Translations under genes and position numbers: made by a program
Shown here: positions 56,226-63,951 of the stretch, one piece after another
Position numbering within the stretch: position 1 is the first letter of the stretch
How the letters are laid out: each line of letters begins with the position of its first letter
Notes under the pieces: generated by a model
What the model was told of the DNA's origin: nothing
The model's database searches: none
The model's input: only the letters and a program-made list of their open reading frames with translations
Assembly (NCBI GenBank): GCA_046484745.1
Contig: JAWOIJ010000068.1
Span: forward strand, 68,076 to 132,075
Length of the DNA stretch: 64,000 nucleotides
DNA from: Desulfobacterales bacterium
GTDB taxonomy: Bacteria; Desulfobacterota; Desulfobacteria; Desulfobacterales; SURF-7
Direction of reading: 5' to 3'

Positions 56226-57074
56226 ATGGCGCTTGATACGAACATTCCGCCTCCCTCTGTGAATGAAGCCGGATGGAAGCTTTTTACGCTCTTGTCGCGG
56301 CCATTTGCCGCTATGGGGAGAGTTGCAATCAACGGGATCGACAATTTAGGCGCTGCGGGTATTTTCCTTATTCTGGCGTTGGTCAAGATCGTAAGGCCCA
56401 ATCAGCTGTCCAAGATTGTTCATCAAATTTATTACATCGGGACGCGGTCTACGCCGATCATCATGCTCGTCGGCCTGTTCACCGGTATGGTCATAGGCCT
56501 CCAATCCTATTATGCATTGAATAAAGTCGGCGCTCAAGGAGCACTCGGAACTCTTGTAGCCCTGACTCTGGTCAGGGAATTGGGGCCTGTCCTCGCAGCC
56601 ATCATGATTGCAGCCAGGGCAGGGTCCGCCATCAGTGCAGAGATCAGCGTCCAGCGTATCTCCGAACAGATTGACGCGCTTTATACCATGCGCATTGATC
56701 CGATTGGGTATCTTGTCAGCCCGAGAGTTGCCGCTGCCATCATCAGCTTTCCCATGCTCACCGCCCTGTTCGATCTCATCGGTATAATCGGCGGGTATAT
56801 CTCCGGTGTACTGATTCTGGGTGCGAATGCCGGTACCTATTTTTATCGTGTTCAAACCAGTTTAGACATGAAAGATGTCTTCGACGGTTTCATCAAATCC
56901 ATCATTTTTGCCTTTATCGTCGTCACCGTCTGCTGTTATCAGGGTTATTTTGCGCATTTGCGTACGGATAGTCGTGGGGCCGAGTCCGTCGGACTTGCCA
57001 CCACCTCCGCCGTTGTCATCTCCTGTGTTCTGATTTTGGTGTCGGACTATGTCGTAACTTCCCTTCTGATGTAG
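56226..57074 (+). CDS. mlaE: MlaE-family lipid ABC transporter permease
   Basis: 282 aa with conserved MlaE/Ttg2B blocks (VGAQGALGTLVALTLVRELGPVLAAIMIAARAGSA). Confidence 0.85.
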   Translation: MALDTNIPPPSVNEAGWKLFTLLSRPFAAMGRVAINGIDNLGAAGIFLILALVKIVRPNQLSKIVHQIYYIGTRSTPIIMLVGLFTGMVIGLQSYYALNKVGAQGALGTLVALTLVRELGPVLAAIMIAARAGSAISAEISVQRISEQIDALYTMRIDPIGYLVSPRVAAAIISFPMLTALFDLIGIIGGYISGVLILGANAGTYFYRVQTSLDMKDVFDGFIKSIIFAFIVVTVCCYQGYFAHLRTDSRGAESVGLATTSAVVISCVLILVSDYVVTSLLM

Positions 57075-57082
57075 AGAGAGCC

Positions 57083-58327
57083 ATGGATACGCCATTGATT
57101 GAATTTAAAGAGGTCACAAAGAGGTTTGGAACCGAAACCGTCCTCGAAGGTGTAAACCTCAAGATATACGAGAAGCAGGTCACGACCATCATCGGTGTGA
57201 GTGGCGGCGGCAAGAGTGTCCTCCTGAAGCTTATCATCGGGCTGCTTAAACCTGATGAGGGAACCATTCTTTTCCGGGGCAAATCTTTTGCTGAAATGAA
57301 AAAACACGAAATAACCGCCTCTTTTGCCCGGATGAGTTACATGTTTCAAGACAATGCCCTGTTTGATTCCATGACTGTTTATGAAAATATTGCGCTGCCG
57401 CTTCGGGAAACAACGAAACATGGAAAGACTGAAATAAACCGGATGGTAATGGCCGGAATCGAACAGACGGAACTGGTCGACGCGGCCGACAAGTTTCCTT
57501 CCGAACTCTCCGGCGGTATGCAGAAGAGGGTGGCCCTGGCACGGGCACTGGTTATTGACCCTCAGATTGTCCTCTTTGACGAACCCACTTCCGGGCAGGA
57601 CCCTGTCCGGAAAAATGCAATTCTGAGCATGGTTGCCCAGTACCAACGAAAATTCGGCTTTACTGCGGTTCTGGTGAGCCATGAGATTCCGGATGTGTAT
57701 TTTATCTCAAACCGTATTCTCGCCCTCTATCATAAAAAAATCGTTTTTCAGGGCACTCCGGAAGAGCTTGATAGTTTCAATCACCCTTTCAAAGACGAGG
57801 TCATCCTCAGCCTGGAAGGATTGCAGGATGAATTAACGGGCCTGCACTCCAGGCGGATGTTTAATGTCATGTATCATTCCCAGCTGAAACATAAAACCAA
57901 CAGTGAGACATACTCCGTGGCGGTTTTTACCCTAAATACGCAGGATGCTATTTTAGGAGGTCTGGGCTTCGAGGAGGCACAGCGGGTGATCAATGCCATG
58001 GGGGTATATATCGATAAACACTTCGGCGCCATCGGGGGTTTTTCCACACGCCGCAAAATCAATGAATTTGTGTCGGTTCTCCCGTATTCGGATCTGGCTG
58101 AGGCTGAAGAAATCATGAAGGTTTTTGTCAAGGATTTCCAGGAACAGGGAATTCGTGACATTCGCTTCGAGGATCGCAGGCGAAGGGTTTCACGGGAATG
58201 CATTGAGATGTCGATCCACGCCGGTTTTGCCCAGGGTCAACCCATTGCCGAAATAGATACCGTCATCGAATCTGCCAAATCTCAACAAAAAAAAATAGGC
58301 CGGATTCTGTGTTCCAACAAGGAGTAA
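57083..58327 (+). CDS. MlaF-like ABC ATPase fused to a C-terminal degenerate GGDEF domain
   Basis: The N-terminal 245 aa has Walker A GVSGGGKS, the signature LSGGMQKRV and Walker B VLFDEPTS. From residue 249 it reads DELTGLHSRRMF...GGFSTRRKINEFVSVLP...SIHAGFA, a GGDEF fold in which GGDEF is replaced by KINEF. Confidence 0.8.
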   Translation: MDTPLIEFKEVTKRFGTETVLEGVNLKIYEKQVTTIIGVSGGGKSVLLKLIIGLLKPDEGTILFRGKSFAEMKKHEITASFARMSYMFQDNALFDSMTVYENIALPLRETTKHGKTEINRMVMAGIEQTELVDAADKFPSELSGGMQKRVALARALVIDPQIVLFDEPTSGQDPVRKNAILSMVAQYQRKFGFTAVLVSHEIPDVYFISNRILALYHKKIVFQGTPEELDSFNHPFKDEVILSLEGLQDELTGLHSRRMFNVMYHSQLKHKTNSETYSVAVFTLNTQDAILGGLGFEEAQRVINAMGVYIDKHFGAIGGFSTRRKINEFVSVLPYSDLAEAEEIMKVFVKDFQEQGIRDIRFEDRRRRVSRECIEMSIHAGFAQGQPIAEIDTVIESAKSQQKKIGRILCSNKE

Positions 58328-58331
58328 AACC

Positions 58332-58787
58332 ATGAAAAAGTACTCAAAAGAAACTACAGTAGGAATTTTTCTCGTATTCGGCTTGCTCTGCATCGGGTAC
58401 ATGACGGTCACACTTGGCCATGTTTCCTTTCTCGGCGGCAATTCCTACCCTCTTTTCGCCCCTTTCACCACGGTAGCCGGGTTGAGAGTCGGCAGCCTCG
58501 TATATATGAACGGCATTGAGATCGGACGGGTGGAACGGCTTTCCATCGATCAGAAAAACCAGAAAAGCATGGTGGAAATGCGGATTCATAAGGGTATTGA
58601 AATTTATGATGATGCCCTCGCTTCCATTAAAACGGAAGGGCTGATCGGCGATATGCATGTCAGCATAGACGCCGGAGGCGCGGGCGCGCTCCTTCAACCA
58701 GGCGGTATCATTACCGAGACGATGCCGCCTCTGGATATCGCGGACCTCATCAGCAAGTATGTCTTCGGTGATTTAGATAAGCCATAA
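58332..58787 (+). CDS. mlaD: MlaD (MCE-domain) substrate-binding protein
   Basis: 151 aa. An N-terminal anchor is followed by MCE-domain blocks (GLRVGSLVYMNGIEIGRV). Confidence 0.8.
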   Translation: MKKYSKETTVGIFLVFGLLCIGYMTVTLGHVSFLGGNSYPLFAPFTTVAGLRVGSLVYMNGIEIGRVERLSIDQKNQKSMVEMRIHKGIEIYDDALASIKTEGLIGDMHVSIDAGGAGALLQPGGIITETMPPLDIADLISKYVFGDLDKP

Positions 58788-58851
58788 GTTTCCAGGACAT
58801 TAATGGTAGAACACTCCAAATGCCGGTATCAACGAACGAGGAGGCTCTTGA

Positions 58852-59172
58852 TCACCGTTCAATCGGAATAGATTGATGACAATCACTATAAATGTTCTCC
58901 ATGGGATCCAGCTGGGCCTTATAATCTCCGGTTATCTGAATCTCATGATTGAGACCTTTCACACCCTTGAAGTTTTTTAGAAAAACACTTTGACCAAACG
59001 GATGAACGTTTGAAATCCCGCACGTATGGATAAAAACCTTTCGAGCTTTTTTGCATTTATCCTGCAATGCATGAATCAGTTCAAAAGCAGAATTGCCATC
59101 AAAAGAGCCAGTAAGGTTAAGGTGAACATTTTCGCTGTTTCGGTGAATCTGAATTTTAAAATTTGATGCCAT
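58852..59172 (-). CDS. small STAS-like (anti-sigma antagonist-like) protein, tentative
   Basis: 106 aa. The pattern VHLNLTGSFDGNSAFELIHAL...KVFIHTCGISNVHPFG resembles a STAS fold. There is no phosphorylatable-Ser context that I can verify. Confidence 0.35.
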   Translation of the reverse strand: MASNFKIQIHRNSENVHLNLTGSFDGNSAFELIHALQDKCKKARKVFIHTCGISNVHPFGQSVFLKNFKGVKGLNHEIQITGDYKAQLDPMENIYSDCHQSIPIER

Positions 59173-59294
59173 ACCTTTCTCCCTTTTCCCTGAAACAAAA
59201 TCAATGCATCGGGACGAAACTCATATTAGCAGTTATCTCAACGATACCTGGGTTTAAATTGCAACCTATTCATCAGACATCAGGTTAAACCGCA

Positions 59295-59690
59295 TCAATC
59301 TATAGAAGATCTATCAGGTCCTGATGCATGGTTTCTGATGCACGCTTCCACCCAAAGTTTCTGATAATAGGATAAATCCTGAAACTCCATACGGCAACAT
59401 TGAACGCCATTTGAATTGTTCGGATTTTCATACGCAATCTTTGCATCAGAAATAATATGCGTACTGAATTTAAAAGGACCGTATTTTAAATTGTCTGTTG
59501 TATTGTCGAACATAAATGATACTTCGCATGCATCGCTCATGATTTCTTTTTTCCCCTTATAATGGAAAGATAATCCACCATGACTGATATCGACAATCTT
59601 CCCGATTAGATCAAAATAGGGTTCGAGTACAACTAACGTTCCATCTGTAACGTTATGCCTTTGATGTCTTCTAGACTCTTTCTGATTCAT
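59295..59690 (-). CDS. PilZ-domain c-di-GMP binding protein
   Basis: Trimmed to the ATG at 59690 (AGGAAGGAGA upstream). It has the RRHQR (RxxxR) and DISHGGLSF (D/NxSxxG) motifs. Confidence 0.75.
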   Translation of the reverse strand: MNQKESRRHQRHNVTDGTLVVLEPYFDLIGKIVDISHGGLSFHYKGKKEIMSDACEVSFMFDNTTDNLKYGPFKFSTHIISDAKIAYENPNNSNGVQCCRMEFQDLSYYQKLWVEACIRNHASGPDRSSID

Positions 59691-59718
59691 GATTCTCTTC
59701 TCCTTCCTCAAACTGAGA

Positions 59719-59737
59719 GGTCCTGGTCATCAGGACC
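59719..59737 (-). terminator. hairpin between micro-ORF copy 2 and the PilZ gene
   Basis: GGTCCTG-GTCAT-CAGGACC with perfect 7-bp arms and no U-tract. Confidence 0.25.
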
Positions 59738-59817
59738 GGTACTGACGAAATATAAACTTCTCCTCCAACGGTATCGATCTATTGTTCCCTTTGGACGGAC
59801 ATATGCTTTAAATAAAT

Positions 59818-59979
59818 TTAGTATGTATTTCTTTATCCGGGTTGTTCAGAGATGGCTTTTCTCGAATCTCTATTTCGCATTCAGGAAACAGCATGCTTAA
59901 ATTCTTCATCAGAAGATAGCTATCTGTAAAATCTGTGAAAGGCTCCTTTAGAATCACTATTTTTTTCAATTTCAGCCTC
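59818..59979 (-). CDS. 53-aa micro-protein, paralog 2 of a tandem pair (TTG start)
   Basis: Own translation after GGAGG-CTGAAA-TTG: (M)KKIVILKEPFTDFTDSYLLMKNLSMLFPECEIEIREKPSLNNPDKEIHTKFI. It is not in the ORF track. Confidence 0.4.
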
Positions 59980-60131
59980 CTTTCTTTTCCGGCGCTGACT
60001 CTTCCATCTATTTCGATGGATAAGCCATAAGTTTCCGGGACTCAAAAGCGATATTTTCTCTCCATCATCTGTTATGTATCCAATGACCGTCTTCCGTTGA
60101 CCATCTTCAACCTTTCCTGATTCGTTAAAAG

Positions 60132-60314
60132 TTACTTCAAAAATATGCACTTTTTAAACCACGGAAATGGGATTTCTTCTTCCGGGTTATATACAGGTGG
60201 ATTTTCTCGAATCTCGATTTCACATTCAGGAAACAGCATTCTTAAATATCCCTCCATATGATCGCTATGCAGAGAATTTGTGAAAGGCCTCTTTAGAATG
60301 ACTATTTTTTTCAA
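60132..60314 (-). CDS. 60-aa micro-protein, paralog 1 of a tandem pair (TTG start)
   Basis: After GGAGG-TTGAAA-TTG: (M)KKIVILKRPFTNSLHSDHMEGYLRMLFPECEIEIRENPPVYNPEEEIPFPWFKKCIFLK. This is the 3' part of track ORF 60132..60365. Confidence 0.4.
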   Translation of the reverse strand: MKKIVILKRPFTNSLHSDHMEGYLRMLFPECEIEIRENPPVYNPEEEIPFPWFKKCIFLK

Positions 60315-60325
60315 TTTCAACCTCC

Positions 60326-60430
60326 TTTCTTTTCCGAATCTCCATCTCCACCAAAGATTCCCCACAGCGCCTCCAGGCCTGTGAGGCTCTCCGGCAAACG
60401 GGGGAAAATGATATTCCTCATATTTTTCAT
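60326..60430 (-). pseudogene. 5' remnant of an alpha-glucan phosphorylase paralog (frameshifted, truncated)
   Basis: The minus strand gives MKNMRNIIFPRLPESLTGLEAL, then a frameshift, then GNLWWRW. This parallels the glgP N-terminus (48260..50407) FPHLPERLAGLEELAENLWWSW, and the DNA also aligns by eye (GGCCTGGAGG, AATCTxTGGTGGAG). Confidence 0.55.
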
Positions 60431-60562
60431 TACACGTTCGTTACAAGACATGGTATTTCACGGGCAACCAGTGACAAATTTTTAAGCGTTGAAAAGTCGC
60501 TCGCGGGTTCGGTGGCCAGGTCCTTTTTGCCCTCTTTGTCCTTTTTGTCCTTATTTTGTTAT

Positions 60563-60578
60563 TTCAATTTTTGTGCCA
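60563..60578 (-). promoter_or_regulatory. -24/-12-like element TGGCACAAAAATTGAA, module copy C
   Basis: Read on the minus strand, about 135 nt upstream of the phosphorylase-remnant ATG. Confidence 0.45.
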
Positions 60579-60678
60579 GATTTCTGACACGCAGGGCTCC
60601 GTCTTCCATCTTTTCGATTTTTAAGAAAAATGAGTTTGAAAAGCCCTTTCAGAGCCGCCATTAACAAGCATAAAAAAG

Positions 60679-60710
60679 GGTCATGTGCAACCAGAAGGTC
60701 ATATATGCCC
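60679..60710 (-). promoter_or_regulatory. tandem palindromic boxes (putative UAS), module copy C
   Basis: GGTCATGTGCAACC (60679-60692), then AGAA, then GGTCATATATGCCC (60697-60710). Confidence 0.5.
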
Positions 60711-60820
60711 TTTTCCCGTCCCCTTTGTGTTATATCGAAATGTCGACTTTTTACGAATGCGTCTATATTGATCTTGAAAAAATAATCGGCTGAAAGATGT
60801 TCAACTGTTCGGTCCTGTTT

Positions 60821-61036
60821 CTATTTCTTAATCGTTTTGCGTCTGCTCGACGTTGTCACTGAGGCAAGGATACCTATGAATATGCCGATCAGAAGGGTGA
60901 GCCCGAGCCATATGGCATTCGACATGGTGATCTTGATGAACAGGAACCTGATTTCAACGGGTTGCGTGTTCTGAAGTATCACAATTACGCATAGAACGAC
61001 CGCTGTGAGCGCACCAATGAGTTTCGCTCTTTTCAT
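60821..61036 (-). CDS. LapA-like (DUF1049) inner-membrane protein
   Basis: 71 aa with two transmembrane helices. The pattern ILQNTQPVEIRFLF is typical of the LapA/YciS domain. Confidence 0.65.
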   Translation of the reverse strand: MKRAKLIGALTAVVLCVIVILQNTQPVEIRFLFIKITMSNAIWLGLTLLIGIFIGILASVTTSSRRKTIKK

Positions 61037-61071
61037 CCGATGTTTGTCCTCCTCTTAATCATGATTTTCTA

Positions 61072-61329
61072 TTATCCGGTAGTGCTTTTCTTTCCGTCCA
61101 TGAACTCTGGATGCTCTTTTCGCAGATTTTCGTAGGCTTCCTTGAATTCATCAGCGTCATAATTCATTTCGCCGATACCGTCTTCTATTGAAGAAATCAG
61201 CTCTTCCGCTTCCAAAAACCTGGTGTTCCCATGCGGATTGAAAGTATCCGGAAAAATTGCTTTGTTTCCCGCCCATATTCTACTCAGCGTTTGTTCAAGC
61301 ATTGTTCCCCACTGGATATTTTTTGCCAT
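61072..61329 (-). CDS. hypothetical 85-aa acidic protein
   Basis: Trimmed to the ATG at 61329 (GGGAGA upstream). I recognise no family. Confidence 0.45.
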   Translation of the reverse strand: MAKNIQWGTMLEQTLSRIWAGNKAIFPDTFNPHGNTRFLEAEELISSIEDGIGEMNYDADEFKEAYENLRKEHPEFMDGKKSTTG

Positions 61330-61369
61330 GGTGCATTCTCCCTTTTTATTCCAAGGCATTCGATGGAAA

Positions 61370-61636
61370 TCAGGAAAGATATTTTGTCAACTCCCGAGCA
61401 GCCTTCACAATGTCCAGGATCGCCTCGTACACACCCTCTGCGCCGTGATTTGTTTTCTTTTTAATCTTATCCTGAACTTCGGATTTGATTTTTTTCAAGT
61501 TTTGAGCATGTTTTTCAAACTGCAGGCGATGCTCTTCCTCCATGTCGTTGATGACACCGGAATCAAACTGTTGAATGAGTTCATCGGCCTCAGCCAGCAG
61601 TTGCTCAATATTTTTGGATTCTAAATTCTTTGTCAT
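61370..61636 (-). CDS. hypothetical 88-aa coiled-coil protein
   Basis: Trimmed to the ATG at 61636. It is lysine- and glutamate-rich and helical. I recognise no family. Confidence 0.45.
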   Translation of the reverse strand: MTKNLESKNIEQLLAEADELIQQFDSGVINDMEEEHRLQFEKHAQNLKKIKSEVQDKIKKKTNHGAEGVYEAILDIVKAARELTKYLS

Positions 61637-61760
61637 AATGTTCCCTATTGCCACCCGGAAAGCGATTTGACTCCTGAAGTTTCAATCAGACGGTTGATGT
61701 CAGTGGCCTCATTTTCCTTTAATAATGATGTCGCATACAACGGCGTCGGTGATGTCCGTC

Positions 61761-63239
61761 TTAATAAATATAAAGTTCGCATATTCTACGGTAATGATAG
61801 CCGTATATGGACAGGGTTATTGCCACAGGCATAAGTCTAGGTTTGCGGAGCAGGGTCCAGAGCATCAGTTGCCAGTAACGGAAACGCTCCTTCCCCAAAA
61901 CCCCGAGCCGAAATACGGATCGAAACAATGAAAGGAACCGCTGAATATCTACCGGCTGTCTGATTTCAGGCGTCTTTAGTTCCTTCAGTAACGTTCTGAC
62001 CCGCCGGTAGTAGTTTTCAGGAGAATATATATGTTTCATAATCGATTGATATCCGTCCAAAAGCCTGGCCATGCCCATTCGAGGGAGAATATTGGTTGTC
62101 CCGTCAACATTATCTCCGGAAAAGGTATTTACAACCCGACATTCCCGTTGGAGACGGTCAAAGAGACGAGTTCCCGGAGGCGCCTGGAGCATTCCGACCA
62201 TTGCGGTTACGATTCCGCTCTTCTGAATGAAATCGATCTGACGCTGGAAAATAGAAGGCGTGTCGCTGTCAAAACCAACAATAAAACCTCCCATCACCTG
62301 CAGCCCTGAGCGGTGGATAATCGCAACACTTTCTAGGAGATCCCGGTTCTTGTTTTGGGTTTTATGGCATTCCGTAAGACTGCCCTCATCGGGTGACTCA
62401 ATGCCGATAAAAACGGAATCGAATCCAGCCATTACCATCATATCCAGAAGTTCAGGGTCATCAGCGAGATTAATGGAGGCTTCCGTGAAAAAAACGCATC
62501 CCTTTTTATCTTTACGCCATTCGATCAGAGCGGGAAGTAAATGTGTTTTAAGATAGACCTTATTTCCAATAAAATTGTCGTCAACGAAAAATATACCGCT
62601 GCGCCAGCCGGAAGCATAAATACGATCCAGTTCCGTGGTAACCTGCTGAGGTGTTTTGATGCGTGGTTGGTGACCGAATAAAGCCGTTACATTACAGAAT
62701 TCGCAGTTAAACGGACATCCTCTGGAAAACTGAATATTCATGGACGCATATCGTTTTGTTTCTATCAGATCCCAGGATGGAATGGGGGTGTCGCGAAGAT
62801 CGCAGAAGCCGGAAGCCCTGTAGATCTTTTTTAGCTGTCCGCTTTGCAGGTCCGATAGAAAAGCGGGAAGCGTCAATTCCGCTTCGTCGAGAACGAGATG
62901 GTCCACCTCTCCAAATTCATCGGGTTCAGATGTAAAAAGCGGCCCGCCGGCAATGACTCTTAAATTCGAAGCCTTGCAACGGGCGATAATTTGTTTGGCC
63001 GATTTCCGCTGAACTGCCATACCCCCTATAAAGGCCATATCCGCCCATAAAAGATCTTTATCCGTAAGGCTATCCACATTCATGTCTACAAGGCGCTTGG
63101 ACCAATCCTCCGGCAACAGGGACGCGACGGTGATCAGGCCAAGAGGCGGAAAGGCCGCTTTCTTTCCGATAAAGCTTAAAGCGTATGTGAAAGACCAGAA
63201 AGTATCCGGTAATTTTGGATAAACCAGTAGAACGTTCAT
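61761..63239 (-). CDS. B12-binding-domain radical SAM protein with DUF4070-type C-terminus
   Basis: The N-terminal cobalamin-binding fold is VLLVYPK...PPLGLITVASLLP. The radical SAM cluster motif is SRGCPFNCEFC. A long helical C-terminal domain follows. Confidence 0.8.
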   Translation of the reverse strand: MNVLLVYPKLPDTFWSFTYALSFIGKKAAFPPLGLITVASLLPEDWSKRLVDMNVDSLTDKDLLWADMAFIGGMAVQRKSAKQIIARCKASNLRVIAGGPLFTSEPDEFGEVDHLVLDEAELTLPAFLSDLQSGQLKKIYRASGFCDLRDTPIPSWDLIETKRYASMNIQFSRGCPFNCEFCNVTALFGHQPRIKTPQQVTTELDRIYASGWRSGIFFVDDNFIGNKVYLKTHLLPALIEWRKDKKGCVFFTEASINLADDPELLDMMVMAGFDSVFIGIESPDEGSLTECHKTQNKNRDLLESVAIIHRSGLQVMGGFIVGFDSDTPSIFQRQIDFIQKSGIVTAMVGMLQAPPGTRLFDRLQRECRVVNTFSGDNVDGTTNILPRMGMARLLDGYQSIMKHIYSPENYYRRVRTLLKELKTPEIRQPVDIQRFLSLFRSVFRLGVLGKERFRYWQLMLWTLLRKPRLMPVAITLSIYGYHYRRICELYIY

Positions 63240-63277
63240 ATCAGCAAACTCCTTTCCGCATTACAATATGGGGAAAA

Positions 63278-63607
63278 TCAGATTCTTTTTTGTCTCGCGG
63301 AATTGACAGCTTCGATTCCTTCAGAATCCGAAACTTTAAGAATTTGGATTATCAGTGGTTCGCACAAGAGGCTCCGGGTTCCAAGCAAAACACTAAATCT
63401 GGCGGACTTCATATGCTGGTTCAGTTGTTTTCGGGTTTTCCACTCCGAAATCAGGTTGAAAACATTTTTGTCTTCAATATCACTGAAAATGCCATAGCTC
63501 AGATATCCGATTTCTTTTCCCTGTGGCTCAATCAATGATACAAATGTTTGAAGCGCTTCTTTCTGCTTTTCCGGAAGCACATTCATGATTGTTCTAAGTA
63601 TGATCAT
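63278..63607 (-). CDS. ABM (antibiotic biosynthesis monooxygenase-like) ferredoxin-fold protein
   Basis: Trimmed to the ATG at 63607. GYLSYGIFSDIEDKNVFNLISEWKTRKQLNQHMKSARF matches the ABM pattern (G...Y......d.n.f...E.W.s...l..H..s..f). Confidence 0.6.
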   Translation of the reverse strand: MIILRTIMNVLPEKQKEALQTFVSLIEPQGKEIGYLSYGIFSDIEDKNVFNLISEWKTRKQLNQHMKSARFSVLLGTRSLLCEPLIIQILKVSDSEGIEAVNSARQKRI

Positions 63608-63805
63608 TTCGGCCGCCTTTCGGCAATGCCCGCCTTTGCAGGTTGGCAGAACCATCCGTAATTTTGGAACCCTTTGCTTATAAAGTATTTTTACAAAACC
63701 GTCCTTATATCCTTTTTTCGAATAAACCCTGGTAAGGATGGCGGCAGTGAGGCACCCAACGAGAACAGTAGTGCCATTATATAACCTTCAACAACCTTTA
63801 GTGTA

Positions 63806-63821
63806 TTCAATCTTTGTGCCA
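63806..63821 (-). promoter_or_regulatory. -24/-12-like element TGGCACAAAGATTGAA, module copy D
   Basis: Read on the minus strand, about 200 nt upstream of the ATG at 63607. Confidence 0.5.
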
Positions 63822-63920
63822 GATTTTCAACACACAAGGCCGCATCGCCAAACAATAGATTTGTAAGAATAATTAGCTTGAAAAGGAGTTCCGGGGTTGT
63901 TGGTAACAGCCAATTAAAAA

Positions 63921-63951
63921 AGTCATATTTAACCGGTAGCCATATATGGCC
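63921..63951 (-). promoter_or_regulatory. tandem palindromic boxes (putative UAS), module copy D
   Basis: AGTCATATTTAACC (63921-63934), then GGT, then AGCCATATATGGCC (63938-63951). Confidence 0.5.

Noticed and set aside
56033-56855. Minus-strand ORFs (122 aa and 169 aa) overlapping the mlaE leader and coding region.
   Set aside because: They are antisense to MlaE, have no RBS, and one would run across the predicted sigma54 promoter.
59920-60150. A 76-aa ORF (GTG start) spanning the junction of the two micro-ORF units.
   Set aside because: Its 3' half is the duplicated phosphorylase-stump and RBS sequence read in another frame (GNLWLIHRNRW...KEAEIEKN). Only the N-terminal 40 codons might be real, so it is recorded in a finding rather than called as a gene.
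10498-63951. The possibility that the five-copy module is a MITE or other mobile repeat.
   Set aside because: It has no terminal inverted repeats; the palindromic boxes lie at one end only. I can see no target-site duplications. Internal spacing is variable, and orientation toward gene starts is strictly consistent. A promoter or enhancer interpretation fits better, but a genome-wide count is needed.
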